From IMG/VR virus record IMGVR_UViG_2806310702_000001: a stretch of DNA of 64,000 nt, one strand, 5' to 3'. This document shows, piece by piece, positions 20,370 through 30,401 of this stretch. Under the pieces are notes generated by a model. The model saw only the letters and a list, made by a program, of their open reading frames with translations. It did not search any database and was not told the DNA's origin. The stretch is from an uncultured virus (IMG/VR IMGVR_UViG_2806310702_000001). Lineage: Duplodnaviria; Heunggongvirae; Uroviricota; Caudoviricetes. Both the position numbers and the translations under genes were made by a program. Positions within the stretch are counted from its first letter, which is position 1; every line of letters starts with the position of its first letter.

Positions 20370-21161
20370 ATGAAAAAGAAATTATTATTTTTAGAGGACA
20401 TCGATAACTTTAGAAAAGGAGATTTATATCAAATTATAAAACAAGATAATCAAGCAATAACAATATCTAAAACTGAAAATCGTATTATAAATGGTCAATT
20501 AGTTCGTGATGAATGTATTGATCTTATAAATAATGATATATTGCAAATATTACTAGATAATAAGTTAGCAACTATAGATGAAGTAGAATTTAATGAATTA
20601 TATTTTGCTAAAACTAAACCTAATGCAATTATACCAACTAAGCGTGAAGAAGATTGTGCTTATGATATTTATACTTGTGAGACTGAAACCATTGTAATAA
20701 AACCTTGTAGTTTGAGGATGATAGATACAGGAATTGCAATAGCTTGTAATAAAGTATATTTCCCTAAATTCTTTGATAAAGGTGGAATGGGAAGCAAAGG
20801 AATTATAGTAGGGGCTGGTGTTGGAGATTCAGGATATAGAGATAGCTATTTCATACCATTGATTAATACTAACAAGGATAAAACAGTAATAATAACTACT
20901 CAATCAGATGAAGATATAGAAGGTTGTACGCACTTCGATTTACAACAAAATAAGTTTATCACGCTTGATTTTAATAGGGATGTAGAAGCTTCTCACTATG
21001 TAAAAAAAGAAAATTGTATCATTAAACCTATATCCAAAGCAATTACTCAATTTGTAATGTTGCCTGTTCCTACTTTTAATATTAAAGAACTAAGTTGGGA
21101 CGAGCTAAAGAATATTAAATCTGAACGTGGACTAGGAAAACTAGGATCAAGTGGTAAATAA
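20370..21161 (+). CDS. dut: trimeric dUTPase with N-terminal extension
   Basis: AYDIY, GVGDSGYR, Q motif IV, SERGLGKLGSSG. Confidence 0.85.
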   Translation: MKKKLLFLEDIDNFRKGDLYQIIKQDNQAITISKTENRIINGQLVRDECIDLINNDILQILLDNKLATIDEVEFNELYFAKTKPNAIIPTKREEDCAYDIYTCETETIVIKPCSLRMIDTGIAIACNKVYFPKFFDKGGMGSKGIIVGAGVGDSGYRDSYFIPLINTNKDKTVIITTQSDEDIEGCTHFDLQQNKFITLDFNRDVEASHYVKKENCIIKPISKAITQFVMLPVPTFNIKELSWDELKNIKSERGLGKLGSSGK

Positions 21162-21187
21162 TAAAATTAAGGGGATGAATTTAAACT

Positions 21188-21367
21188 ATGACTAATACAA
21201 ATATAGAATTACCAAAAGATATGACTACTGAAGAATATGAGATATTAATGGAGGTTTGCAAGGGTATTCCTTGTAAATCTTCTAAAGATAGAGAAGGCAA
21301 AAAGATTATACATAATAAAATTAATCAAGTATACATAGATAATATTATAAATGAATGTTGGGATTAA
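21188..21367 (+). CDS. hypothetical protein (59 aa)
   Basis: ORF after AAGGGGA SD. Confidence 0.55.
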   Translation: MTNTNIELPKDMTTEEYEILMEVCKGIPCKSSKDREGKKIIHNKINQVYIDNIINECWD

Positions 21368-21420
21368 TAATAAAATTAAATTAAAGTATTAATAAAATTA
21401 AAAAAGAAAGAAGGAGTTAT

Positions 21421-22329
21421 ATGAATTTTGATAAAAAAGATTTAGTTAAAAGCCCATTAAATTATACAGGAGGAAAGTTCAAATTATTGCCTCAAATATT
21501 ACCGTTATTTCCTGATAATATTGATACATTTGTAGATTTATTCTGTGGTGGCTGTAATGTAGGAGTAAATGTTAAAGCCAATAAAATTATTTGTAGTGAC
21601 ACAGAATCTCATGTTATTAATTTAATGAATTATTTTAAAACTATAGACAGTGATGAGTTAATTAAAAATATAGAAAATGTAATAAATACATATGAATTAA
21701 GCAATACAAGTGCGTATGGATATGAGTATTATGGATGTGATAGTAACAAAGGGGTAGGAAATTATAATAAAACTAAATATGAGAAATTAAGAGATAATTT
21801 TAATAACAATACAAAAGACAATCTTTTATTCTTTGTAACTGTATTATTTGCTTTTAGCAATCAAATAAGATTTAACTCTAAGGGTAAATTTAATATGCCT
21901 GTAAATAAAAGAGATTTTAATAATAACGGACGAAAGAATACCGTTAATTTTGTAGATAGATTAGATAAGTTAAACATAGAGTTTATCAATAAAGATTTTA
22001 GGGATTTTAGTATTAAAAATCTTAAATCAGAAGATTTAGTTTATTGCGATCCTCCATATTTAATTACTACTGCTTCATATAATGAACAAGATGGTTGGAA
22101 TGAAGAGAAAGAAAAAGAATTATTGAATTTATTAGATGAATTACATAATCAAAATATTAAATTTGCATTATCCAATGTGTTAGAATCTAAAGGTAAATCA
22201 AATGATATACTAAAAGAATGGTCTAAAAAATATAATGTATATTATTTAAATAATACATATAAAAATTGTAATTATCATAAGAAGGATAAAAGTAATAATA
22301 CAATTGAAGTATTAATTACTAATTATTAA
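21421..22329 (+). CDS. Dam/D12-class N6-adenine DNA methyltransferase
   Basis: NYTGGK, DLFCGG, YCDPPY, EVLITNY. Confidence 0.92.
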   Translation: MNFDKKDLVKSPLNYTGGKFKLLPQILPLFPDNIDTFVDLFCGGCNVGVNVKANKIICSDTESHVINLMNYFKTIDSDELIKNIENVINTYELSNTSAYGYEYYGCDSNKGVGNYNKTKYEKLRDNFNNNTKDNLLFFVTVLFAFSNQIRFNSKGKFNMPVNKRDFNNNGRKNTVNFVDRLDKLNIEFINKDFRDFSIKNLKSEDLVYCDPPYLITTASYNEQDGWNEEKEKELLNLLDELHNQNIKFALSNVLESKGKSNDILKEWSKKYNVYYLNNTYKNCNYHKKDKSNNTIEVLITNY

Positions 22330-22415
22330 TAATAAAATTAAATTAAAATGAATACATATAAAAGTAATTAAAATTGAGATTTTATGGTAAATAAAATTAG
22401 ATTAAAAATATAAAA

Positions 22416-23543
22416 ATGAATAGGAAAGGGACGATTGCTATAGACAACATAACAAACTTAAAAAATAAAATATTTAATGAGGATTGTTTTGAAACTTTAA
22501 AAAGAATACCCGACAAATCAATTAATTTAATAATTTATGACGCACCCTATTTTTCTACTAAAAAAGAAGAAGTAGGAGATAAAAAATGGAAAAATGAAGA
22601 TGAATATATTAACTGGTGTATTAAATTAATAAAAGAAACTCAAAGAGTGTTAAAAGACAATGGATCATTTTATTGGTTTCATAATGACATAAATATTATG
22701 GTTGAGATATTATATAGAACAAAACATGAAACTAACTTTAAATTAAAAAATCAAATAACATGGGATAAGTTAGCAACGGGAAATCAAGATTTTTTAATGC
22801 CATTATATAAAAATAGTAAACTAAAAAGGAGATACGGAACAAGTTTAGCAGAATATATTTATTATTTTACTTTTGATGATAGTACTGGATTAGTTAGAGT
22901 TTATGATAGCTCAGAAAATTTTAAAGATATAAAAAATTATCTAAAACAAGAGCGTAAAAAGGTTAAAGAGAAAAAATATTCAGATAAAGATTTAAGAGCT
23001 ATGTGTGGTTTAAGTCTTAAAGGAGGAGGTTTATTGAGTCATTATTGGGGTAATAAGCAATGGGTGTTCCCTATAGAAAAACATTATAAAAAATTACAAT
23101 CTACAGGGTGTTTTCAAAGGTCTTATGATATATTAAAAGAGGAATATAAAGCTTTAAAGATACAATATGAAGATACAAGACAAAAATATGAGCTAGAAAG
23201 ATATAAATTTAATCAACCTTATTTGACAACACCTAAAAACTTAGAGGAGTCAAGAAATACAATAAGACCATATTCATCTGTTTGGCATTATAAGCGAGAT
23301 AATAATATTTATGAAACCCATCTAACTCCAAAACCGCTAGAAATGATTAAGCACATTATTAATGTGTCATCGAATAAAGGAGATACAGTATTAGATTGCT
23401 TTATGGGTTCAGGGACAACGGCTATAGCTTGTTTAGAAACAGGTAGAAATTACATAGGTTGTGAGGTTGACCAAGATTATTATACGGTTATAGAAAAGAG
23501 GATTAATACATATTTAGAAGAAAAGGATAAGAATATTTTTTAA
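22416..23543 (+). CDS. beta-class N4/N6 DNA methyltransferase
   Basis: DAPY motif IV, HLTPKP, DCFMGSGTT. Confidence 0.9.
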   Translation: MNRKGTIAIDNITNLKNKIFNEDCFETLKRIPDKSINLIIYDAPYFSTKKEEVGDKKWKNEDEYINWCIKLIKETQRVLKDNGSFYWFHNDINIMVEILYRTKHETNFKLKNQITWDKLATGNQDFLMPLYKNSKLKRRYGTSLAEYIYYFTFDDSTGLVRVYDSSENFKDIKNYLKQERKKVKEKKYSDKDLRAMCGLSLKGGGLLSHYWGNKQWVFPIEKHYKKLQSTGCFQRSYDILKEEYKALKIQYEDTRQKYELERYKFNQPYLTTPKNLEESRNTIRPYSSVWHYKRDNNIYETHLTPKPLEMIKHIINVSSNKGDTVLDCFMGSGTTAIACLETGRNYIGCEVDQDYYTVIEKRINTYLEEKDKNIF

Positions 23544-23622
23544 AATATAGAACATCACTATATGATAATCTATGTTAATTGTGTATAATAAAACCAAAGA
23601 ACACATTAGGAGAGATTGTCAT

Positions 23623-24939
23623 ATGAATCATAGAATATTAAGTTGTAGCACATTTATAGAGAATTATTACATATGCTTAAATAAACAAATAGTAGGTTTT
23701 TCAACTCACACAGGAGAGACAGGAGATATAATTTTTTTATCTGTAAAAACTAAAAAATCTACTATGTGTGGGGCTAGAGCTATTATACAACAAGAAACAG
23801 ATATAAAGCCTTGGGAAAACGGAGAAAAATATGTTCAATGCTTTAAAATTAGTAATATAGAATATTGTACACCATTTGATTTAAGCATTTTAAAACGCTT
23901 TAGTGAAAAAGGATGGGGTTTAAAGTTCATATTAGGATCGAACAAAATAAAAGAACAAGAGGCTATTGATTTACTAAACTCAACGTTTGAGAAAAATAAG
24001 CGTGATTCTATGTATATATTCAAAGAAGATGAGTTAAAGAAACCTAGAAAAAAGAAAGAAAATAATATATGTGACGTCGTTAAAGAGGAAATATCATCTA
24101 CAGTACAGGCAAAAGATAAGGATAATAAAATATCAAATCAAACAAATATTACACAAACTGAACAAAACACTCAATTAGATATAATGGGAACTTTCCAAAC
24201 TATCAATTTCATTAGTGAACAACATGAAGTACAAGGATTAGAAACTTTAGTTACTAAACATTTTTATAACTTATTTACTAAATATAACGTTGATAATTCT
24301 ATTCTTATATCTGATAATAGGAAATTTAGTACAGCTACTATTAAAGATGATAATGGGACAAACATTAATGGAATAAGTGGTATTCCAGATGCATTATTAA
24401 TTACATATAAAAAAGACGACTCTGTGCCTTTGCAAATTAGTCTGATTGAGTATGAATGTTATGGACAGCAAAAGACTTCTATAAGACAAAAATCAGACTA
24501 TTTAAACTGTCACATTATACCTCAATTAATGAGATTTGCTTCAACGTTTAGTATAGTTACCGATTATAAAATTCGTGAGAATACTATAAAATCATGGGTA
24601 AGTAAGATTAGTAATTATATCTATAATGATAATGAATTGACTAAGAGAACTTCAAAATGGATAAAAGAATTATATCCTGATATAAACGAAATGCAAATCG
24701 CACTAAGGTTTAATGAAATACTTAAAGAAGCATTTGAAAATAGTATAAAAATTGTACTAATTATTGATGAATTAACAAATGAACAAAAAGATACCATAAA
24801 AAATATTATAGGAGCTTTTAAACTTAATAACAACTCTAAAAATAATAGTATTGAATTTGCTTCATATGTTGTTAGATTAGAACAAAAGGTTAACATAGTA
24901 GATGATAATGCTCAATATGCTTTATCTTATCAAGAATAG
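23623..24939 (+). CDS. putative EVE/PUA-like + PD-(D/E)XK nuclease
   Basis: N-domain ENYYIC..VG..GDIIF..PW; linker; C-domain IPDALLI...LIEYE; own -10 TATAAT near 23584 and terminator. Confidence 0.55.
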   Translation: MNHRILSCSTFIENYYICLNKQIVGFSTHTGETGDIIFLSVKTKKSTMCGARAIIQQETDIKPWENGEKYVQCFKISNIEYCTPFDLSILKRFSEKGWGLKFILGSNKIKEQEAIDLLNSTFEKNKRDSMYIFKEDELKKPRKKKENNICDVVKEEISSTVQAKDKDNKISNQTNITQTEQNTQLDIMGTFQTINFISEQHEVQGLETLVTKHFYNLFTKYNVDNSILISDNRKFSTATIKDDNGTNINGISGIPDALLITYKKDDSVPLQISLIEYECYGQQKTSIRQKSDYLNCHIIPQLMRFASTFSIVTDYKIRENTIKSWVSKISNYIYNDNELTKRTSKWIKELYPDINEMQIALRFNEILKEAFENSIKIVLIIDELTNEQKDTIKNIIGAFKLNNNSKNNSIEFASYVVRLEQKVNIVDDNAQYALSYQE

Positions 24940-24958
24940 GCTTAATGCTTATTCTTGA
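24932..24958 (+). terminator. hairpin terminator
   Basis: AAGAATAGGC-TTAAT-GCTTATTCTT. Confidence 0.6.
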
Positions 24959-25052
24959 TATTTAATACAAAATTAAATTAAATATACATATAAAAATAAA
25001 TAAAATTCAGAATTTATGGTAAATGGAAAATCAAAAGGAGGAAGTGGTATTT

Positions 25053-25853
25053 ATGAATAGTCCTATAAAATGGGTTGGTGGAAAAAGAAATATGAGAAAA
25101 GAGTTGGTAGCTATTATGCCCGAACATTTTCAATACGTTGAAGTGTTTGCAGGAGCATTATGGGTTATGCTTGAAAAAGAGCCTTGTAAACTCGAAATCA
25201 TAAATGATATTAATGATGATTTAATAAATTTTTACAAGGTTATTCAAGATGAAACTAGATATAAAGAGTTAATCAATAGGCTTTATTTTATGCCAAAATC
25301 AAGAGAACTATTTGATGAATGTGATACAAAGATAAAAAATAAAGAATACAAAGACGAAATTGACCATGCCTTAATGTTTTATTATTTGCTTAAACTTGTG
25401 TTCGGAGGCAGATTTGATAGAGTTAAAAAGTCTTTCTGTGTTCCAAATGATGGTAGAAAAAATATAAACTACGAAAAATTTCCAGAAGAATTTCTTGAAC
25501 TACATGAAAGATTTAAAGATGTATATATAGAAAAACAAGATTATAAATATATATTAGATAAATACGACAGAGAAGATGGATTATTTTTCTTAGACCCTCC
25601 TTATCTTGATACAACGGAACATAACTATGGAGTTAGTTTTGGATTAGAAGAATATAAAATATTAAAGGATAAGTTAAGTAAATTAAAAGGAAAATGGATT
25701 TTAACTTGTAATGATAAACCAGAATTGAGAAAATTATTTAAAGAGTTTAATATTAAAGATAACGAAGTTCATTATAGCGTTAGTGGGAAGTCTAATGCTT
25801 GTAAGAAATACAAAGAATTAATAATTACAAATTATAAAATTAACAATATATAA
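25053..25853 (+). CDS. Dam/D12-class N6-adenine DNA methyltransferase
   Basis: KWVGGK, EVFAG, INDIN, FLDPPY, ELIITNY; ATG 25053 after AGGAGG. Confidence 0.92.
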   Translation: MNSPIKWVGGKRNMRKELVAIMPEHFQYVEVFAGALWVMLEKEPCKLEIINDINDDLINFYKVIQDETRYKELINRLYFMPKSRELFDECDTKIKNKEYKDEIDHALMFYYLLKLVFGGRFDRVKKSFCVPNDGRKNINYEKFPEEFLELHERFKDVYIEKQDYKYILDKYDREDGLFFLDPPYLDTTEHNYGVSFGLEEYKILKDKLSKLKGKWILTCNDKPELRKLFKEFNIKDNEVHYSVSGKSNACKKYKELIITNYKINNI

Positions 25854-25902
25854 TATACATATTAATGATAAATTACATAAAATGTTAATTCTATGGTGAA
25901 AA

Positions 25903-26010
25903 AGGGTTAACAGTAGCCGTCTCACAAACCAGTAACCCTGTTCCTAACGTGTAAAAGACGAGGAGACACCCAAGTAGGAAACTATTGTACGCTGTTAGGT
26001 GAGATATTGA
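25903..26010 (+). ncRNA. candidate pseudoknotted RNA (strand uncertain)
   Basis: GC-enriched intergenic segment with several pairings and a GAAA tetraloop hairpin. Confidence 0.45.
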
Positions 26011-26047
26011 AAAATTAAATTAACATATAATCTAAAGGAGGCTTCTT

Positions 26048-26266
26048 ATGCAACAACTACAAATATATATTAATAACAAGTGGACTAATATAGAATTAGA
26101 ACTTCTACGCACAGGTGATATATTTAGAATAAGAAGCGAAGATAATAAGCCTATTAAAGACGATAAGGGTTTATTAGTATGGGAATGTATTTGTGATGCA
26201 TTTTATAATAAAGAGTTGAAGAAATATTGCATTAATACTAAAAGAATTAACATAGAGGATATATAG
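26048..26266 (+). CDS. hypothetical protein
   Basis: AAAGGAGG SD. Confidence 0.7.
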   Translation: MQQLQIYINNKWTNIELELLRTGDIFRIRSEDNKPIKDDKGLLVWECICDAFYNKELKKYCINTKRINIEDI

Positions 26267-26282
26267 AAACATATATAAGTTT

Positions 26283-26312
26283 TAAGCTACCTATTATTAG
26301 GTAGCTTATTTC
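26283..26312 (+). terminator. intrinsic terminator
   Basis: TAAGCTACCTA-TTAT-TAGGTAGCTTA then T-rich tail. Confidence 0.75.
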
Positions 26313-26384
26313 TATTATAAATATAATTGTTAATGATAATATAAAAATCCAACAAAAATAAATTAAATTATTTTAAAAAAGTTA

Positions 26385-26413
26385 TTGACATTAGAAAAGT
26401 ATGGTGTTATTAT
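26385..26413 (+). promoter_or_regulatory. sigma-A-type early promoter
   Basis: TTGACA-17-TATTAT with extended TG. Confidence 0.75.
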
Positions 26414-26490
26414 ATATATGTACCAAGGAACAAGACAAGTTAATCTTAGTACATAACTAAATTAAATTAATATTAAAAGGAGGAATTAAT

Positions 26491-27036
26491 ATGGAACATG
26501 ATCAAGAATTAAATAGTAATTTAAGAAAGGTAAAGGAAAAGTTTATGTTAGACTTAGTAGACAAGCTAAATAGAATAAACAGAGACAGATTAGCATATGG
26601 AAGTTCAGTATTAAATGTGTGTTATATGACTTCTATAGTAGACAAACAAATATTACAATGTGAAGAGTTTTTAAAAGATATATCAAGAGGTTATTTTATC
26701 GAAGATTATGAAGAAGATCCTACTGGATATACTAATGGAAGTATTGAGATTCAATGCTTAAATGCAACAAAAACATATACTTTAGAATTTACAGAATCAT
26801 ACTGTGGTGATATGGCACAATGTTATCCTTCATTTAAATTATCTGAAAGACATGGTGTTGGCGAATATGAATGGGATTACTTTGAAGATGATTATGAAGA
26901 ATATGAGGTAAATTTCAATAAAAAATATTCAGCTATATATAAAGATATAGAGCAAAAGAAAAAAGAAAGACGTATACAAGATATAAAAATACAAATGGAG
27001 ATGTTAAGTCAAGAATTGACAGCATTAGAAAGTTAA
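26491..27036 (+). CDS. acidic hypothetical protein
   Basis: AGGAGG SD; first gene after promoter. Confidence 0.75.
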   Translation: MEHDQELNSNLRKVKEKFMLDLVDKLNRINRDRLAYGSSVLNVCYMTSIVDKQILQCEEFLKDISRGYFIEDYEEDPTGYTNGSIEIQCLNATKTYTLEFTESYCGDMAQCYPSFKLSERHGVGEYEWDYFEDDYEEYEVNFNKKYSAIYKDIEQKKKERRIQDIKIQMEMLSQELTALES

Positions 27037-27098
27037 TTACATATATAGAGAGAATGAAAATTAAATTAATAAAAATATAATAAGGTGGCGTTGCTAAT

Positions 27099-27674
27099 AT
27101 GAAGAAGAAAATAGAAGTAATTAATAACTATAATCATGTATGTACTTTTACATATAGTATTAATAGGGATAGAAAAATATTAAAATTAGATATTGAGGAT
27201 GGAAGCTTGCACTTGATTAAAGCTATTAGATATATGCTTTCTCAGACTAATATTATTGATATAGGAAATCAATATAAAAGAACCTGTCCATATAAAATGT
27301 ATAGAAAATGGATGTTTGGAGGAGATAATAGTAAATTAGGTGAGGGAGAGCATCATTTTATATTAAGCTATTTAGACATTAAAGAAAAGGAATTTAAAGA
27401 AAACGTCGTTTTAGTAACATATGATTCAGGTATGTACTTAAAAGGCAGTTATGAAATATTTATTCCTGATTTTTTAGAGCTATGTTGCTATAAACATAAA
27501 CTAGAAAAAGATGAGAATGAAAAATATATAAATACAAAAAATATTATTTTAAATGATAGGTACACAGAAGTAAAAGAACTTCCTACAACAGAAGAATTAA
27601 AAGAAAAAGGATATACAATACCTCAACAATATTATCCTTTACAACAAATCGCAAAAGAAAGCCAACTCCTTTAG
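27099..27674 (+). CDS. hypothetical protein
   Basis: ORF with SD. Confidence 0.7.
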   Translation: MKKKIEVINNYNHVCTFTYSINRDRKILKLDIEDGSLHLIKAIRYMLSQTNIIDIGNQYKRTCPYKMYRKWMFGGDNSKLGEGEHHFILSYLDIKEKEFKENVVLVTYDSGMYLKGSYEIFIPDFLELCCYKHKLEKDENEKYINTKNIILNDRYTEVKELPTTEELKEKGYTIPQQYYPLQQIAKESQLL

Positions 27675-27692
27675 GATTAGAAGTTATAATAA

Positions 27693-27838
27693 TTGATTTA
27701 TATAACAGAGGATTTACACGGAGACTTAGACATTCACAAATTAAATACTAAAAACCTACAAAAAAACAAAATATTAATATCACCAATGATGATTATTTAA
27801 TTATTTGTGGAGATTTTGGTTTAGTGCGAAAGAATTAA
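27693..27838 (+). pseudogene. calcineurin-like metallophosphoesterase N-terminal remnant
   Basis: IYIT(E)DLHGD... frameshift ...DDYLIICGDFG, then truncated. Confidence 0.7.
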
Positions 27839-27905
27839 ATAAAAATTAATTAAAATATAGTTAAGGAAATAAATTAATATACAACAACAATCAAGGAGGA
27901 AATCA

Positions 27906-29087
27906 ATGAATAAAATTAAACAATTTTCAACTCAACTATTATTAGCACTTACATTCGTACTAGTATGCTTCCCTGCATTATTAGTAGTAACTAGGGGAGT
28001 AGGATTTAACTTACCATTAATCTTATTTGTTAGTGGAATAGGAACTTTAATATTCCACTTATGCACCAAGAACAAACTACCAATGATACTATCAATAAGT
28101 GGCTTATATATGGGTGGTATCATAACAGTAACACAAAAGTATGATAAATCATTTGCACAAGGAGGTATGATAATTGCGGGAATTATATATTTAATATTTG
28201 CTTTATTATCTTATAAATTTAAAGATAAAATATTAAAGATTTTACCAAATTGGTTATTAAGTATTTCAATAGTTATTGTAGGATTTAACTTGATCCAAAT
28301 AGGAGTAGGATTAATTTCAAAAAATATTATAGTAGGTATTGTATCAGTACTAACAATATTTATATTTGACCTATTTGCAAGTAAAAAGTTATCAATGTTC
28401 AGTATGTTGTTTGGAATATTAGCTGGAACAATAACTTCAATAATATTAAATCATGGATTAGATTTAACACCATTACATCAACCATTACATATTGAGTTTA
28501 TGTCACCTAAATTTAATCTTGAATCAATCTTAATGTTATCTACTATATCAATAGCTTCAATATTTGAAATGTTATCAGATACAAAAAATAGTGGAAGTAT
28601 CATAGGAATGAACATTTTTGAGGAAGTAGGAATACACAGAGTAAGCTTAGGAAATGGATTATCTACTATATTTTCATCATTGATAGGTGGAACAAGCTTA
28701 ACAACATTTTCAGAAGCAAATAACTACATGGTAGTTTGTGAAGAATATAATCCTAATATACAAATTTTATCAAGTTTTATACTTATGATATTAGCTTTTA
28801 TACCAATGTTTTCAAAGTTAATATTATTAATACCATTAGAAGCTACATCAGGTTGTATAATGTATCTATTTTGTATAATTGTAATTGGTGGGATGAAACA
28901 AATATTCGAAAGTGAAGTTAACTTATCAACCGATAAAAGAGAATTTTGTATAATGACAATAATGTTAGCTTTCTCATTTATCCCATTTAAAATCTTTGGA
29001 TTAAGCATAAGCAATGTTGCAATAGCAATAGTAATAGGAATTATATTGAATTTATTCATACCTACCACTATTAATAAACAAGATTAA
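27906..29087 (+). CDS. NCS2 (UraA/xanthine-uracil family) nucleobase permease
   Basis: Polytopic membrane protein; SGIGTLIF, LP, GNGLSTIFSSLIGG..TTFSE resemble UraA. Confidence 0.85.
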   Translation: MNKIKQFSTQLLLALTFVLVCFPALLVVTRGVGFNLPLILFVSGIGTLIFHLCTKNKLPMILSISGLYMGGIITVTQKYDKSFAQGGMIIAGIIYLIFALLSYKFKDKILKILPNWLLSISIVIVGFNLIQIGVGLISKNIIVGIVSVLTIFIFDLFASKKLSMFSMLFGILAGTITSIILNHGLDLTPLHQPLHIEFMSPKFNLESILMLSTISIASIFEMLSDTKNSGSIIGMNIFEEVGIHRVSLGNGLSTIFSSLIGGTSLTTFSEANNYMVVCEEYNPNIQILSSFILMILAFIPMFSKLILLIPLEATSGCIMYLFCIIVIGGMKQIFESEVNLSTDKREFCIMTIMLAFSFIPFKIFGLSISNVAIAIVIGIILNLFIPTTINKQD

Positions 29088-29139
29088 GTTAAAAAAATAA
29101 AAATATAAAAATATTAAATCAAATGGAGGAATTAAAATA

Positions 29140-29682
29140 ATGAAAAAAATTAATGTTAAATCAACTACAACAAAACAAAAACAAGGGTATATAGCAGGAG
29201 GTTTATTTAATGAAGCTGATATATCACAAAGATTAAAGGAGGGCAAATTACTAAGAGAGAATACTAATATAGATTTTTACAATCCTATAGAAGCACCTTG
29301 TAATGATAAATCAAAATTACCAACGGATCAAGACATATTTAATATGGATGCTCAAAAGGTGTTACAATCTCATACAGTAATAGCTGACATATCAACTAGG
29401 GATGAAGGTGTTATGGCTGAATTAGGAATTGCTTGGACTTGTAATTTTATACATTACTTAGCTGAACAAGGATATACATTAGAAGATATTTTAAAATACA
29501 TACCTAAAAAGCAAACATACGCTAATTTACCTGATATAAGAAAAGGTACAGCCCATAATTATAAAGGAAATTATATTCCTGTAGGATTTAACCAATTTAT
29601 TATAGGAATGATTAGACAAATGGGTGATGTATACGATGGCTTTAATGATATATTAAAGGATTTAAAGAAGAATAATAAATAA
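29140..29682 (+). CDS. nucleoside 2-deoxyribosyltransferase family protein
   Basis: YIAGGLF, YNP, DEGVMAELG, NQF. Confidence 0.85.
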   Translation: MKKINVKSTTTKQKQGYIAGGLFNEADISQRLKEGKLLRENTNIDFYNPIEAPCNDKSKLPTDQDIFNMDAQKVLQSHTVIADISTRDEGVMAELGIAWTCNFIHYLAEQGYTLEDILKYIPKKQTYANLPDIRKGTAHNYKGNYIPVGFNQFIIGMIRQMGDVYDGFNDILKDLKKNNK

Positions 29683-29837
29683 TATAATATTAAATAATCA
29701 ATATGAATAAATAATATAGTCAACTTGCATATTGGCTCCTATTGAAAAGTATATTTTCGATAAATTGCTTATAATAGTAAAATACAGGAAGTTAATATGC
29801 AAGTTGATATAAATAAAATTGTAGGAGGAATATATTA

Positions 29838-30389
29838 ATGGAAAGATATTTTGTAGTACAAGAAGAAAGTGCATACGGAAAGGATTTAAATAAATATATA
29901 AAAATAGCTAAGTTGCAAAAACAATTTATTAATGAATTCTTTAATGAAAACAACATAGAAGCACATAAGTACGAAATATCAGGTAATGGCTCAGTTAATA
30001 AACCATTTAATAAAGATGATAAAAATGAAATTACATTGCGTATTATACAAACAGAGAACGACATGAATAATTTTAATAACATACTTTGTAAAGCCGATGA
30101 ACATGGATTATGTCAATTTAAGAAGAGGTCTAAATTATCTAAAGATTTTGCTCAACAATGCATAGATAATAAAATACCTATAAACTTACATTTACCTAGA
30201 GTATCAGATTATTTTGAGTCATTGTCTTATGGACTGTATGGTTGCGGTTACGAACAATTTAAATATAATAATAAGTTATATTTAAAAGTGGAAAGTAGAT
30301 ATTTAAAAGAAAATGATACGCCTAAAGGGTTTGTAGATATAAAAGCTAGTGAATTTTACTTAGCTAAAGAAGAACAGAAAAATAAATAG
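29838..30389 (+). CDS. hypothetical protein
   Basis: AGGAGG SD. Confidence 0.7.
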   Translation: MERYFVVQEESAYGKDLNKYIKIAKLQKQFINEFFNENNIEAHKYEISGNGSVNKPFNKDDKNEITLRIIQTENDMNNFNNILCKADEHGLCQFKKRSKLSKDFAQQCIDNKIPINLHLPRVSDYFESLSYGLYGCGYEQFKYNNKLYLKVESRYLKENDTPKGFVDIKASEFYLAKEEQKNK

Positions 30390-30401
30390 GAGGAATATAT
30401 T

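Noticed and set aside
25903..26010. Hammerhead, HDV-like or twister ribozyme; c-di-GMP riboswitch
   Set aside because: GACGAG...GAAAC lacks the CUGA core and stem II; no HDV P3/J4-2 or riboswitch consensus recognisable
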